From Acidobacteriota bacterium (GTDB taxonomy: Bacteria; Acidobacteriota; Vicinamibacteria; Vicinamibacterales; CAVVIG01): a stretch of DNA of 64,000 bases. The DNA lies in the NCBI GenBank assembly GCA_039931615.1, contig JBDTRR010000001.1, positions 214,210 to 278,209 on the forward strand. Direction: 5' to 3'. The first letter of the stretch is position 1, and each line of letters opens with the position of its first letter. Under the pieces are notes generated by a model that worked only from the letters and a program-made list of their open reading frames with translations, made no database searches and was not told where the DNA came from. The position numbers were made by a program, and so were the translations under genes. Below, piece after piece: positions 38,978 to 48,833 of this stretch.

Positions 38978-39850
38978 ATGACCGTATTTTGTCGGCGAGC
39001 GTGGAACGGCCCGCGCCGGCTCGCGCTCCTGCTCGCGTTCTCGCTTTCAGCCGCCGCGTGTGCGGACCAGTCAGCCGTCGCGACACTGCGCATCGCCACC
39101 ACGACGAGCGTCGACAACTCCGGGCTGTTGGCGGCGATTCTGCCGGCGTTCGAGCGCCGGGCTCATCTCAAGGTCGAGGTCCTGGCGGTGGGCAGCGGAC
39201 AGGCGTTCGGCCTGCTCGAACGCGGCGATGTCGTGGCCGGCCTGACGCATGATCCGCAGGCGGAAGCGGCGGCGCTCGCGGCCGGACTCATCACGGGCTA
39301 TCGCAAGATCATGTTCAACGACTTCATCATCGTCGGGCCACCCGAAGACGTGGCCGGCGTCGCCGCTGCGGCCAACGCCGTGGACGCGATGCAGCGCATC
39401 GCATCGGCCGGGGCGGCGTTCGCCTCACGCGGCGATCGGTCCGGCACGCACTCGAGGGAGCAGGAACTGTGGGCGCTCGCGAGGCAACGGCCCGTCCGCG
39501 AGTTGTTGATTGAGACGGGCCAGGGCATGTCGGCAACTCTACGGGTGGCCAGCGAAAAGCGCGCCTACACGTTGACCGATCGGGCCACCTTCGAGCAGAT
39601 CCGGTCCGGCCTGCGGTTGGCCGCCTTGTGCGAAGATGGATCCGCCCTGCTGAATTCCTATGCCGTCTTCCTGCGGGCCCGCTTGACCGCGACCGAGCGC
39701 GCCGCGGCGACGACGCTCGCAGACTGGTTGGCGGACGGCGAGGGCCGTCAGCTCGTGGCCGGCTTTCTGACCAACGGGCAAACGATGTTCACGGTCTGGC
39801 CCGCCGGGATGGCGCGCACCCGACCAACCGATCGGCCGGATGCTCGCTGA
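38978..39850 (+). CDS. ABC transporter periplasmic substrate-binding protein, tungstate/molybdate-type (TupA-like)
   Basis: Signal/lipoprotein-like N-terminus (LALLLAFSLSAAACADQ). PBP fold (TLRIATTTSVDNSGLL...YRKIMFNDFIIVGP...GDRSGTHSRE). Confidence 0.7.
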   Translation: MTVFCRRAWNGPRRLALLLAFSLSAAACADQSAVATLRIATTTSVDNSGLLAAILPAFERRAHLKVEVLAVGSGQAFGLLERGDVVAGLTHDPQAEAAALAAGLITGYRKIMFNDFIIVGPPEDVAGVAAAANAVDAMQRIASAGAAFASRGDRSGTHSREQELWALARQRPVRELLIETGQGMSATLRVASEKRAYTLTDRATFEQIRSGLRLAALCEDGSALLNSYAVFLRARLTATERAAATTLADWLADGEGRQLVAGFLTNGQTMFTVWPAGMARTRPTDRPDAR

Positions 39851-40520
39851 GGTCGGACGGGCGCTGGCGCTGATCCTCGGCGGCGATGTCGAGGTCTGGC
39901 AGATTGCCGGGGTCTCGCTCACCGTCTCCCTCACCGCCGTGTTCGGAGCGGTCGCAGCCGGTTTGCCGATGGCCTACCTCCTGGCGTCGTCCGGCGCGCG
40001 TCGTGCGAGAGTGGGCCTGTGGATCGCGCATGGCCTGGCGGCGCTGCCGACCGTCGTCATCGGGCTCACGCTCTACCTGCTGCTGTCGGCGACCGGTCCG
40101 CTCGGCTGGGCCCGGCTCCTCTACACGCGCACGGCGATGGCGGCCGCTCAGTTCGTGCTCGCGCTCCCACTGGTGGTCGCGGTGGTGCTCGGCGCGCTCC
40201 GCCGGCTGCCTCCGTCGGCGCACGAAGTGCTGGTGACTCACGGCGTCACACGGGCGCGACAAATGGGTTGGCTGCTGTGGGAGGTCAAGTCCGCCGTGGT
40301 ATCAGGCACGTTCCTGGCCTTTTCCCGCGCCTTCACGGAACTCGGCGCGGCCTTGATTGTCGGCGGCAACATTCGGGGCGCCACCAGGACACTGACGACC
40401 TATATCGCCCTCGAGTACGACCGCGGCGATGATGCACGCGCGATTGCGCTGGGACTGATCCTGCTGGCAGTCGCCCTGCTGACGAACTCCGTCATGCATG
40501 TCATTGTCGGCGAGCGATGA
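39840..40520 (+). CDS. ABC transporter permease (TupB-like)
   Basis: Six hydrophobic segments. Overlaps the upstream SBP gene by 11 bp. EAA-like loop (FSRAFTELGAALIVGGN). Confidence 0.8.
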   Translation: MLAEVGRALALILGGDVEVWQIAGVSLTVSLTAVFGAVAAGLPMAYLLASSGARRARVGLWIAHGLAALPTVVIGLTLYLLLSATGPLGWARLLYTRTAMAAAQFVLALPLVVAVVLGALRRLPPSAHEVLVTHGVTRARQMGWLLWEVKSAVVSGTFLAFSRAFTELGAALIVGGNIRGATRTLTTYIALEYDRGDDARAIALGLILLAVALLTNSVMHVIVGER

Positions 40521-41194
40521 CCAACCAGCTGGGTCCGATCGTGCGCACGCGGCACCTGAAGGTCGGGTACGCGGGAAAAGCCGTCGCCACGATCGCCGAT
40601 CTCGATCTGGTCGGCGGTGTGGTCTGGCACGTGACCGGGCCCAACGGCTCGGGAAAGACCGCGCTCCTGAAGACCCTCGCCGGTTTGCTGCGCCCCGTTG
40701 CCGGCACGGTCGATCGGCGATGTGGAATCGGGACCGGGGAAGCAATTTACGTCCATTCCGTCCCGTATGTCTTTGCGGGCAGCGTCAGGCGCAATCTGAC
40801 GCTCACTCATCCCAGCGCTGACGAGGTGCTGGCCGTCGCCGCAGCGTTCGGGCTGTCTACGCTCCTCGGGCGCGAGGCCACGACGCTCTCGTACGGTGAG
40901 CAGAGGCGGCTGGCGCTCGCGCGCGCGGTCGTGCGACACCCGGCTCTGCTTCTGGTCGACGAACCCGAGGGCGGCCTCGACGATGAGGCGATGTCAGCCT
41001 GGCGAGCCTGCGCGGTTCGCGCCGTCGACGCGCGCCAACCCGTGCTGGTGGTAGCGGCTCATCGTCCGCTGGCCTTCGCGGCGGTCCTCGTGAGGCCGAT
41101 CGACTTGTCGCAACCAGCACGAGACTCGACGGCCAAGTCCACGACAGACGCCGATCGCACTTCACGCCCGCCGCGAGCTGTGCTCCGCCACTGA
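40517..41194 (+). CDS. ABC transporter ATP-binding protein (TupC-like)
   Basis: Walker A GPNGSGKT, signature LSYGEQRR, Walker B LLLVDEPEGGLD. 4-nt overlap with the permease gene. Confidence 0.8.
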   Translation: MTNQLGPIVRTRHLKVGYAGKAVATIADLDLVGGVVWHVTGPNGSGKTALLKTLAGLLRPVAGTVDRRCGIGTGEAIYVHSVPYVFAGSVRRNLTLTHPSADEVLAVAAAFGLSTLLGREATTLSYGEQRRLALARAVVRHPALLLVDEPEGGLDDEAMSAWRACAVRAVDARQPVLVVAAHRPLAFAAVLVRPIDLSQPARDSTAKSTTDADRTSRPPRAVLRH

Positions 41195-41213
41195 TCGCGA
41201 ACGCTCGACAGCT

Positions 41214-42662
41214 TCAGCCGTGGGCGTGCCCGCTCACCTCGGCGCCCGCCTTCTGATCCAGGCTGAGGCAGTCGGCGACAGCAAGCACGGCGATGATCGA
41301 CACCACGCCGAAAGCCAGGTGAAAGTCGGCGATCGTCGGCGCTGACGATTGCCCTCCGTGCAGCCACGCGGCGAGCCGCAGGGCCACTGCTCCGACCGCG
41401 ACGCCCATGCCCATGCTCATCTGGGTCATGACCGTGAAGAAGCTGTTCGCGGAGCTCATCTGCGACTGGGGAATGTCGACGAACGCCAGGGTGCTGATAC
41501 TCGTGAACTGCATCGACCGGGACAAGCCGTGGGCGAAGAGAAGGACGATCATGAGCGCCTTCGGCGTGTTCGAGGTCAGCAAGCCGAAGGACCCGATGAG
41601 CGCCGCGGTGATCAGCCCGTTGACGATCAACACGCGCCGGAAGCCAAAGCCTCGCAGAATGGGTGTGGTCGCCGGCTTCATGAACAGGTTGCCGGCAAAC
41701 ATTGCCAGCACCAGCAGCCCTGAGTGAAAGGCGCTCAGGCCGAACGCGATCTGAAACATGAGCGGGAGGAGAAACGGCGACACGCTGATCGCCAGCCGGA
41801 ACAGCGAGCCGCCCCAGATGACGATGGCGAACGTTCGCTGTTTGAGCACGTCGAACTGGATCAGCGGATGAGTCGTGCGGCGCATGTGCCACACGCCGGC
41901 CCACCCGGCGACAACCCCGTATCCGAAGAACATTCCGGCCGTCACCCAGCGGACGTTCTGCTGCCCGAGCAGCTCCAGCGAGTACATGATCGACGTACAC
42001 GCCGATCCGGCCAGCGCAAATCCCAACCAATCGAACCGCCGCGGGTGCCCGGGCGCATTCCTGATCCAGAGCATTGCCAGGGCGATGCCGATGATGCCGA
42101 GCGGCACGTTCAAATAGAAAATCCAGCGCCACGAGGAATAGGTGGTGATGAAGCCCCCGACCGGCGGACCGATGACCGGCGCGGCGAGTCCGGGCCACGT
42201 GATGTAGGCGATCGAGCGCACCAGGTCCTTCTTCTCAGTAGTACGCAGCACGACCAGCCGGCCGACCGGCACCATCAGCGCACCGCCCATGCCTTGCAGG
42301 ATTCTGGCCGCGGTGAACTCCCAGAGACCATTGGCCATGCCGCAGAGAATCGAGGCCAGCGTGAACAGGCCAATCGCCGACGCAAAGACCGTTCTGGCGC
42401 CCAGTCGATCTGCGATCCAGCCGCTCACCGGGATGAACACGGCCAGCGTCAGCATGTACGCGGTCATCCCCATGTTCAGATCGACAGGGCTGGCGCCAAA
42501 TGACTGGGCCATCTGAGGCAGGGCGGTGGCAATCACCGTCCCGTCCAGGTTCTCCATGAAGAAGGCGCCGGCAACGAGCAGTGCCACGAGCGTGGCTTGC
42601 TGAAACCGTCGCGGAGTGCCCGGGCCCGCCTCAATCGACATCGCCATGCTTGAAGCGGCCAT
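41214..42662 (-). CDS. MFS transporter (DHA2-like, 14 TMS)
   Basis: MENLDGTVIATALPQ...GRLVVLRTTEKKDLV. Hydrophobic profile. Confidence 0.8.
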   Translation of the reverse strand: MAASSMAMSIEAGPGTPRRFQQATLVALLVAGAFFMENLDGTVIATALPQMAQSFGASPVDLNMGMTAYMLTLAVFIPVSGWIADRLGARTVFASAIGLFTLASILCGMANGLWEFTAARILQGMGGALMVPVGRLVVLRTTEKKDLVRSIAYITWPGLAAPVIGPPVGGFITTYSSWRWIFYLNVPLGIIGIALAMLWIRNAPGHPRRFDWLGFALAGSACTSIMYSLELLGQQNVRWVTAGMFFGYGVVAGWAGVWHMRRTTHPLIQFDVLKQRTFAIVIWGGSLFRLAISVSPFLLPLMFQIAFGLSAFHSGLLVLAMFAGNLFMKPATTPILRGFGFRRVLIVNGLITAALIGSFGLLTSNTPKALMIVLLFAHGLSRSMQFTSISTLAFVDIPQSQMSSANSFFTVMTQMSMGMGVAVGAVALRLAAWLHGGQSSAPTIADFHLAFGVVSIIAVLAVADCLSLDQKAGAEVSGHAHG

Positions 42663-42756
42663 TGTAACAAGCGCGTGATTTCCGTCCCGGCGGCACGGTC
42701 ACTCGCAGCGGTCGACTGGCGGTCGGTCAACCCATATTCCTCCAGGCGGCGTCGGA

Positions 42757-42972
42757 TCACCGCTTCCCGTACTCCGTGAACACGTCATCCCTGGTCTTTG
42801 CAGCCGTGTGGCACGCGAACCCGCATTTGGCGTCGTTCCGTTGCGGCGGTGTGCCCGCCGCCGTGCCGGGCGTGAAGGTATCGGACGCGGGGTTGTAGTC
42901 GAAGACCGCATATCCCCACCCGCCGCTGTCGGCGAAGCGCCGGCTGTCCTTCACCATGAAGTCCAGGTTCAC
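42757..42972 (-). pseudogene. C-terminal fragment of a cytochrome P460-family protein
   Basis: ...SGGWGYAVFDYNPASDTFTP...KCGFACHTAAKTRDDVFTEY has the CxxCH near the C-terminus, as in P460. The N-terminal ~100 aa are missing. The 5' end collides with the response-regulator fragment on the other strand. Confidence 0.5.
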
Positions 42973-42979
42973 GAGCTCA

Positions 42980-43444
42980 CCCGGGACTGTCGCCGTCGGG
43001 AAGAACTGGTTCGAGCTGGGCGCTGACGACTATCTCACCGAACCCTTCTCGCCGCGTGAGCTCATGGCGCGGATTCGCGCCCTGCTGCGCCGCAGCCGCG
43101 CGCAGCAGACGGTGGCCGACGGCCTGCAGGCGATGCGCGCGTACCGCTTCGCCGGTTGGGAGCTCAACGTGCGGCTCCGCCGCCTCACCTCGATCGACGG
43201 GAGCCGGGTGCCGCTCACCAACACCGAATTCAGCCTGCTCGCCGCCTTTCTCGCCGCACCGCAGCGCGGGCTCTCGCGCGACCAGCTCCTCGGCATGTCG
43301 CGGCTGCACAACGACGAGGTCTACGACCGCTCCATCGACACCCAGGTCGGCCGGCTCCGGAAGAAGTTCGAAGCGCGCGGCACCGGGTCAGAGATCATCC
43401 GGACGGAGCGAGGGGCGGGGTATGTCTTCTGCGCTGACGTTTGA
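42980..43444 (+). pseudogene. 5'-truncated OmpR-family response regulator (end of REC + winged-helix output domain only)
   Basis: Begins within the REC C-terminus (WFELGADDYLTEPFSPRELMARIRALLRR). Then trans_reg_C (ELNVRLRRLTSIDGSRVPLTNTEFSLLAAFL...GAGYVF). No N-terminal receiver domain is possible because of the P460 fragment/MFS gene. Confidence 0.5.
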
Positions 43445-43528
43445 AGTCGTCCGCTAGCCGCGCCAGCGCCGCGATTGGGCAAGCCACGAGTTCCGTGTCC
43501 CGCCGTCACGCCGTGGCTGGCCAGCCCC

Positions 43529-44488
43529 TCACACCGCGCCGACTGGATCGAGCAGTGTCTCGAGCGCGTCGAACGAGCCCGTCCAGCCGATCGTCATCCC
43601 AGAGCGCTCGCCCACGAACGCCTCGACCTCGTGGGGGGTCGTCTCGCCCTGCGGCTCGGTCGTCACCGTCACGCGCGTCCGGTCGGGCGCTTCCGCCGCG
43701 AACAGCACCGTGGTTCGCAGCGTCCCCGGCCACACCGCGGCGCCGGGTGCCGGCGCTAGGTGCTCTCGCTCGTCGACAAACTGCTGCGTGTAGACGATGC
43801 GTCGTGGCGGCTCGATCGCGAAATACTCGGCGCGCACGTGCATGGTGCCATGCGCACCGGCGATGACGAAGAGTGTGCTCTTGCCGGGCGCCATCTCCGA
43901 GCGGAGGAAGCGCATCTCCGTGCCCGCAGGCGGGAGCCACCTCGCGAGGTGCTCCGGGCGCGCCCACATCTCGAACACGCGTTCGATCGGCGCGTCGAAC
44001 GTGCGGTTGACGACGAACTGCTGCTTGCCGGCCCGGGTCTGTTCGAGGTGTTCCGCGAGTCGATCCCAGGTCGCGTTACCGCCCACCCGCTTGATGAACT
44101 TCGCCGTCTCCGCAGCGGCTTCTGGTGACGGCAGGGCGAAGATCATCTCCATCGTCGTCCTGCCGTCCGCCTCACTGAAGGTGACCGTCACCCGGAAGAG
44201 CGCTGGCCGCTCATCGCTGCCGCCGTGGTCGTAGACGAGCTTCCGGTCCGGCTCGACGACGAGGTAATTGGTGACGTTCGGGTAATCGACCCCGTCTGGG
44301 CCGTGCATCGTGTAGCGCCAGCTACCGCCCGGGCGCAGATCCTTGCTGTGGGTGGTCAGGGTAAAGCCGCGCGGGCCCCACCACTTCTCGACCTGCTCGG
44401 GGATCGTCCAGGCGTCCCACACGGCGCGCACCGGCGCGTCGTAGACACGCGTGAGCACAATCTCGTTCGAGCTACTTCTGGTGGCCAT
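43529..44488 (-). CDS. Tandem SRPBCC/AHSA1 (Activator of Hsp90 ATPase-like) domain protein
   Basis: Two repeats of the pattern ...R.F.AP...VW.AWT.PE....W..P (VYDAPVRAVWDAWTIPEQVEKWWGP; TFDAPIERVFEMWARPEHLARWLPP). Confidence 0.8.
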   Translation of the reverse strand: MATRSSSNEIVLTRVYDAPVRAVWDAWTIPEQVEKWWGPRGFTLTTHSKDLRPGGSWRYTMHGPDGVDYPNVTNYLVVEPDRKLVYDHGGSDERPALFRVTVTFSEADGRTTMEMIFALPSPEAAAETAKFIKRVGGNATWDRLAEHLEQTRAGKQQFVVNRTFDAPIERVFEMWARPEHLARWLPPAGTEMRFLRSEMAPGKSTLFVIAGAHGTMHVRAEYFAIEPPRRIVYTQQFVDEREHLAPAPGAAVWPGTLRTTVLFAAEAPDRTRVTVTTEPQGETTPHEVEAFVGERSGMTIGWTGSFDALETLLDPVGAV

Positions 44489-44891
44489 GTCGATTTCCTC
44501 GCCGCGTCCTGGTCCGCTTCGGGCGGGCCGTCCTGTTGTTTTTCGTCTCTGGAACTCGCCGGGTGGGTTGCGGCGCGATGCTCTTCAGGTAGGCATCGAG
44601 GCGAGCGAGCCGCTCCTCCCACATCTCGCGATACTGTTCGATCCAGTCAGCAGCGGGCGCGAGGGCCCGCGGTTCGAGCCGGCACGGGCGCTGCTGGCCT
44701 TGACGGCTGCGCGAGATGAGCCCGGCGCGCTCGAGCACCTTCAAGTGCTTGGTGATGGCCGGGCCGGACAGCTCGAACGGCTCCGCCAGGTCCTTCACCG
44801 GCGCGTCGCCCGCCACCAGACGCGCCATGATCGCCCGCCGTGTCGGGTCGGCCAGCGCCGCGAAGATCGTCGACAGGTCGGCCGGCTGCAC
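44472..44891 (-). CDS. ArsR/SmtB-family transcriptional regulator
   Basis: HTH FAALADPTRRAIMARLVAGDAPVKDLAEPFELSGPAITKHLKVLERAGLI. GTG start. Overlaps the downstream AHSA1 gene, a classic pairing. Confidence 0.85.
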   Translation of the reverse strand: MQPADLSTIFAALADPTRRAIMARLVAGDAPVKDLAEPFELSGPAITKHLKVLERAGLISRSRQGQQRPCRLEPRALAPAADWIEQYREMWEERLARLDAYLKSIAPQPTRRVPETKNNRTARPKRTRTRRGNRHGHQK

Positions 44892-44902
44892 CGTTTATAT
44901 TT

Positions 44903-44912
44903 ACCGTACGGT
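44903..44912. promoter_or_regulatory. Perfect 10-bp palindrome ACCGTACGGT in AT-richer context 12 bp upstream of the ArsR-family gene start (candidate operator)
   Basis: TTTATATTTACCGTACGGTTAGATAACC. It is the only AT-rich stretch in this intergenic region, lying between the AraC and ArsR genes. Confidence 0.35.
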
Positions 44913-45099
44913 TAGATAACCATCAAGTAAAATGTTCGTCAGGCGCAGCCCCGAGCGCGGCCGGTGTCGCGGCCAGCCAAAGACCGCACCGCATGCCTGA
45001 CGCGGACCGGGCATCAGGGAAGGGCTCGGTCTGGGTCAAGCGCTGGCACGCCGACGCCGCGCCGACAATGATGATCGAACGGTCTGGAGCGCGCAGCGG

Positions 45100-45951
45100 C
45101 TATCGCCGCTCGAGCGCCGCCGCCTCGGCGCGTGGGCCCGCGCCGCCGATTTCAATCGCCGTGAACAGTTCGACGCGAGGCGCCACGTCCGTCGGAGCCG
45201 AGCCGGACAGCTCCTGGAAGTCGTGCACCATGTGCATCTGATCGTGATAGCCCAGGTCATGGGCGATATCGACCCATCGCACACCGGGCGAACGCAGCTT
45301 GCTTTCGAGGGCCATCTCGAACCGCGCCACCCGCGCGTACAGTCGTGGCGAGACGCCGATTTCCGAGACGAACCTCCGCTCGAACTGGCGCACGCTCAGT
45401 CCGGCGCTGTCCGCCATGCTGGAAATGCGGAGGGTGCCACGGCTGCGGAGCAGCAAACCGGCAGCGGCGGTGACGCCGCGATGCCACGTCCGGACAACGG
45501 GCCGCCGCAGCAGGTAACGATCCGCGGCGCGGATGCGTTCGGCGAACGACGACGATTCGCCGAGCCGGGATCTCAGCCGCTCCACCGACCGGCCGAGGAC
45601 GGCGCCGGCCTCGAAGTGCTGATTCGTCAGTGCGTCAGCCGGGACCGAAAAGAGGCGAGACAAGCCGCCCGGCTGAAACATGATGAGGAAGTTCTCGACG
45701 TGACCTTGCAGCGCGAGCTGGACGCGCCGATAGGTCTGCGCGCCGATCACCGTCATGGCATGCACCGTTTCGTGGCTCGCCAGATCGCCCGACCACGCCT
45801 CGAATGGATCGCCGAACACAAACTCCAGCCCGGCGGCCGTCCGCGCTGGAACGGGGAGCATGACGACCGGCGTCGACAACCGACCCTCGAGGTGGACGTA
45901 GTAGCGAACGAACGACCGAAGGGCCAGCGCCGGTTTCGCCACACGAACCAT
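45100..45951 (-). CDS. AraC-family transcriptional regulator
   Basis: C-terminal HTH_AraC (ISSMADSAGLSVRQFERRFVSEIGVSPRLYARVARFEMAL...DIAHDLGYHDQMHMVHDFQ). Confidence 0.8.
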   Translation of the reverse strand: MVRVAKPALALRSFVRYYVHLEGRLSTPVVMLPVPARTAAGLEFVFGDPFEAWSGDLASHETVHAMTVIGAQTYRRVQLALQGHVENFLIMFQPGGLSRLFSVPADALTNQHFEAGAVLGRSVERLRSRLGESSSFAERIRAADRYLLRRPVVRTWHRGVTAAAGLLLRSRGTLRISSMADSAGLSVRQFERRFVSEIGVSPRLYARVARFEMALESKLRSPGVRWVDIAHDLGYHDQMHMVHDFQELSGSAPTDVAPRVELFTAIEIGGAGPRAEAAALERR

Positions 45952-46093
45952 GGTGGACAGAGTGTAGCCGACGCCTCAGGGACCAGGCGCGAAAGTGTCG
46001 GCCGGCACATGTCGGATTTCTACTATCGAAGTGCAACCGCGCCCTGAAATACTTGTCCATCGCGCCGAACAGCAGATTGCCCGACGGAATCCC

Positions 46094-46810
46094 ATGGATA
46101 CTCGACCAGCGACGCACCCTTCCCGTGACCATGTCTTCTACCTGGCGCTATCAGTCGCATTTGCCGGCGTGGTCGTCATCGGGTTCTCCCGGACGTATTT
46201 TCTGAAGGGACTATTTGGGACGCCGCAGCTATCGCCGCTGTTCCACGTGCATGGGACGGCGTTCGCGGCGTGGACCCTGTTCTACGTTGTCCAGAATGCG
46301 CTGGTATTCGTCGGCCGGACGGACCTGCACAGGCGAACCGGAACGATCGGGGCCGCGCTGGCCTGTCCCCTGATTCTCCTTGGCCTCCTGGTCGCGATCA
46401 CCGCGGCAAGGAACGGCTATCGCGCCAGCAGGCCCGAGATGGCCATCGAGCTATCCAATGCATTGATGACACTCATGCTGTTCGGCATCTTCTTCGGAAC
46501 CGCGGTCTATTGGCGACGAAGGAAGGAAGTTCACAAGCGCCTGATGGTGCTCAGCATGGTGATGGTCGTGTTCCCCGCGTTCGCGCGTTTTCCACCGAGT
46601 TTCCCCGGCCTGAACTGGACGCTCCCAGGGCTCACCATGGTGATACTGCCGTTCATTTTCGCTGGGATGATTTTCGACGGAATCGCCCTGAGACGCGTGT
46701 CCCTCACCTACGTCTGGGGGGTATTGTTGATCCTGATCACCCTGCCGATGCGCTTTGCGATCGGGAGCACGGCATGGTGGGAGCGCTTCTTCCTGTGGGT
46801 TGTCGCTTGA
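46094..46810 (+). CDS. Integral membrane protein (6-7 TMS), unknown function
   Basis: ATG 46094. Hydrophobic segments FYLALSVAFAGVVVIGF, GTAFAAWTLFYVV, ALACPLILLGLLVAI, LMTLMLFGIFFGTAVYW, LMVLSMVMVVFPAF, LTMVILPFIFAGMIF. Confidence 0.55.
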   Translation: MDTRPATHPSRDHVFYLALSVAFAGVVVIGFSRTYFLKGLFGTPQLSPLFHVHGTAFAAWTLFYVVQNALVFVGRTDLHRRTGTIGAALACPLILLGLLVAITAARNGYRASRPEMAIELSNALMTLMLFGIFFGTAVYWRRRKEVHKRLMVLSMVMVVFPAFARFPPSFPGLNWTLPGLTMVILPFIFAGMIFDGIALRRVSLTYVWGVLLILITLPMRFAIGSTAWWERFFLWVVA

Positions 46811-46851
46811 GGGCGACGCTCCAATTCAACGCAAGGAGGCCGGGCGCACCC

Positions 46852-47376
46852 TCACCGTTTGCCGACATCGAAGGAGATACCTTGAGCGACACGGAACTGC
46901 TCCGATCCCTGGGGGCCGACCGACTTGAACCACCGGGCATCAGTCCGCAAATCCAGCTTTTCATTCATCGGCATCTTCAGGCCGCCGCCAGCGTTCACGG
47001 TCATCGCCACGCCCGGCTGGGTGCCGATCGGACGGCCGCCGTTGGCGGAGACCACCGGCGCCCCGTATTGCGAGAGCCCGACACCCGCGGTGACATACGG
47101 CGTCGACAGGCCGACGCGCGGCAGGAACCACAAGAGACTCGCGCTTGAACTCAGCGCGTGGAAGCCGCCCTCGCCACGACGATAGGCGACATCTGTCTCG
47201 ACACTGAGCGCCGACGTGATCGGGAACGTGACGGCCGCGCCGACGGGGGATGCGGCGGCCGAACCGACCGCCACATACGGCGTGACTTCGACGGTTCTCG
47301 CGTCCTGCGCCCCCACTGGCAGTGCTTCAAGAGCGACCACGACCAGTGCGAAGACAGCTGATTTGTAAGCCTGCAT
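46852..47376 (-). CDS. Outer-membrane beta-barrel protein (OmpA-TM/OmpW-like)
   Basis: Signal peptide MQAYKSAVFALVVVALEALPVGAQ. Alternating amphipathic beta-strands. C-terminal GISFDVGKR with aromatic near the end. Confidence 0.65.
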   Translation of the reverse strand: MQAYKSAVFALVVVALEALPVGAQDARTVEVTPYVAVGSAAASPVGAAVTFPITSALSVETDVAYRRGEGGFHALSSSASLLWFLPRVGLSTPYVTAGVGLSQYGAPVVSANGGRPIGTQPGVAMTVNAGGGLKMPMNEKLDLRTDARWFKSVGPQGSEQFRVAQGISFDVGKR

Positions 47377-47532
47377 GACGCCTCCTTCAGCCGCTTGACT
47401 GCGGCCGATGGACCGTTAGACGGCCGACACCCGATAATAGCCTTGCGGCGGCACTGGCCTCGTCGATGTCGACAGGCACCGGATGACACTGCAGCGTCGG
47501 TCTGAGCCACGGCCGCGCTGGATCATCAGAAC

Positions 47533-48237
47533 TCAGCGAACTTCGATCTCGACAAGGCGCGCATCGGCAGTCCCGAGGCGGACCACGTAGTGCGTGTCAC
47601 CAGAGGGAACGAGGAGCCACTGCCCCGGTTGATCGAGCTGTTTGAGCCCGACGGGAGCGGGCGCATTGGCTTTCGCTTGCGTATTCGGTCCCTCGGACAT
47701 GGCGTTCCCGCTGATGAGGACGACGATCGTCGGCACCGCGTGCGTGTGCATGACCTGAGAGCGCTCACCCTCGAGCCGCACGTCGTAAATCCGGAAGGCG
47801 CGTGACTCGGTGGCCAGCTTCGTGGCCCTCCCGGAGGCTGCCGGCGTCGTCGACCACCCGCTCGTCCGCAGATTCTCTACGGCGAAGAGTCGATAGGCGC
47901 TCCCCCCGAGGGTCTCGAGGCGATGGCTGCCCGGCTTGCCGGTGTACTCGGTGACGGTCGCATCGCCCAGCGGGCGCGGCGGCCGCGCCGGGCTCCACGG
48001 CTGCCCCGGAGACTGGAGCCGCGTGTCCGTGCCACTGGTCATCGACACCGTCGCGATGTCGAACTCGTGCAGGTGCTCGAGCGTGGTATCGCCGGGTGGC
48101 ACGTTGACGTCCAGGATGCGAAATTGGACGTTCTCGAACGTCACGCGATGCCGAGGTTCCTGGCTCAGCGGGACTTGTGCGGCGATGACGGCGGTTGTGG
48201 CGGCGAGGACGATCCCGACCAGGGGCATGGCGTTCAT
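47533..48237 (-). CDS. Exported hypothetical protein (cupin-like?)
   Basis: Signal peptide MNAMPLVGIVLAATTAVIAAQ. No recognisable motifs. Codon usage is host-like. Confidence 0.45.
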   Translation of the reverse strand: MNAMPLVGIVLAATTAVIAAQVPLSQEPRHRVTFENVQFRILDVNVPPGDTTLEHLHEFDIATVSMTSGTDTRLQSPGQPWSPARPPRPLGDATVTEYTGKPGSHRLETLGGSAYRLFAVENLRTSGWSTTPAASGRATKLATESRAFRIYDVRLEGERSQVMHTHAVPTIVVLISGNAMSEGPNTQAKANAPAPVGLKQLDQPGQWLLVPSGDTHYVVRLGTADARLVEIEVR

Positions 48238-48833
48238 GGCGTTGCATGATCCGTCATCAGGGCCCTCGTGCGCCAGTCCCGTTCCCCGCGCGGGATCATG
48301 CGCCTGTCGCAAACGTCAATCCGAGGTGAACAGCGTTCTATCCCTGACGCCATCGGCTGCACGTTGTGCCTCGATGGATCTCCACAAAGCCGGGCCTCGG
48401 GAGCGCGCGCCGTCGGGCATGGATGGCGCCTGCGGCAGCGCGACCACGCCGGCGTATCAGTCACTTGCCGGACGGCTTCGGCTCAGCCGCTCGAGCGCCG
48501 AGCCGTCCACATGCATCCGGTAGACATCAGCGGAGCCCCTGGCGCTCCGACGTGAAGACAATCCATTCGCCATCACGCGAAAACGACGGCGCGCAGCCAT
48601 TTCGACGGTCGGCAACAGTTTCCCCTCACCCGTGCCATCGGCGTTGGGGGCGGATGACACATGAGCAGCTCGCGCTGGCAGCACCCACCGGGACCCAGGA
48701 GGTGCGCTCGCTTCCCGGCGGCCGGGAGTCGCGCCGATACGGTGTCCGTTCCGACGGTTAACATAGGGGACCATTAGCAGCGCGTCGGCTGCCGGTCTTC
48801 CAGACACCGTGGGCGCCGCGACGCTCCGGGGAG

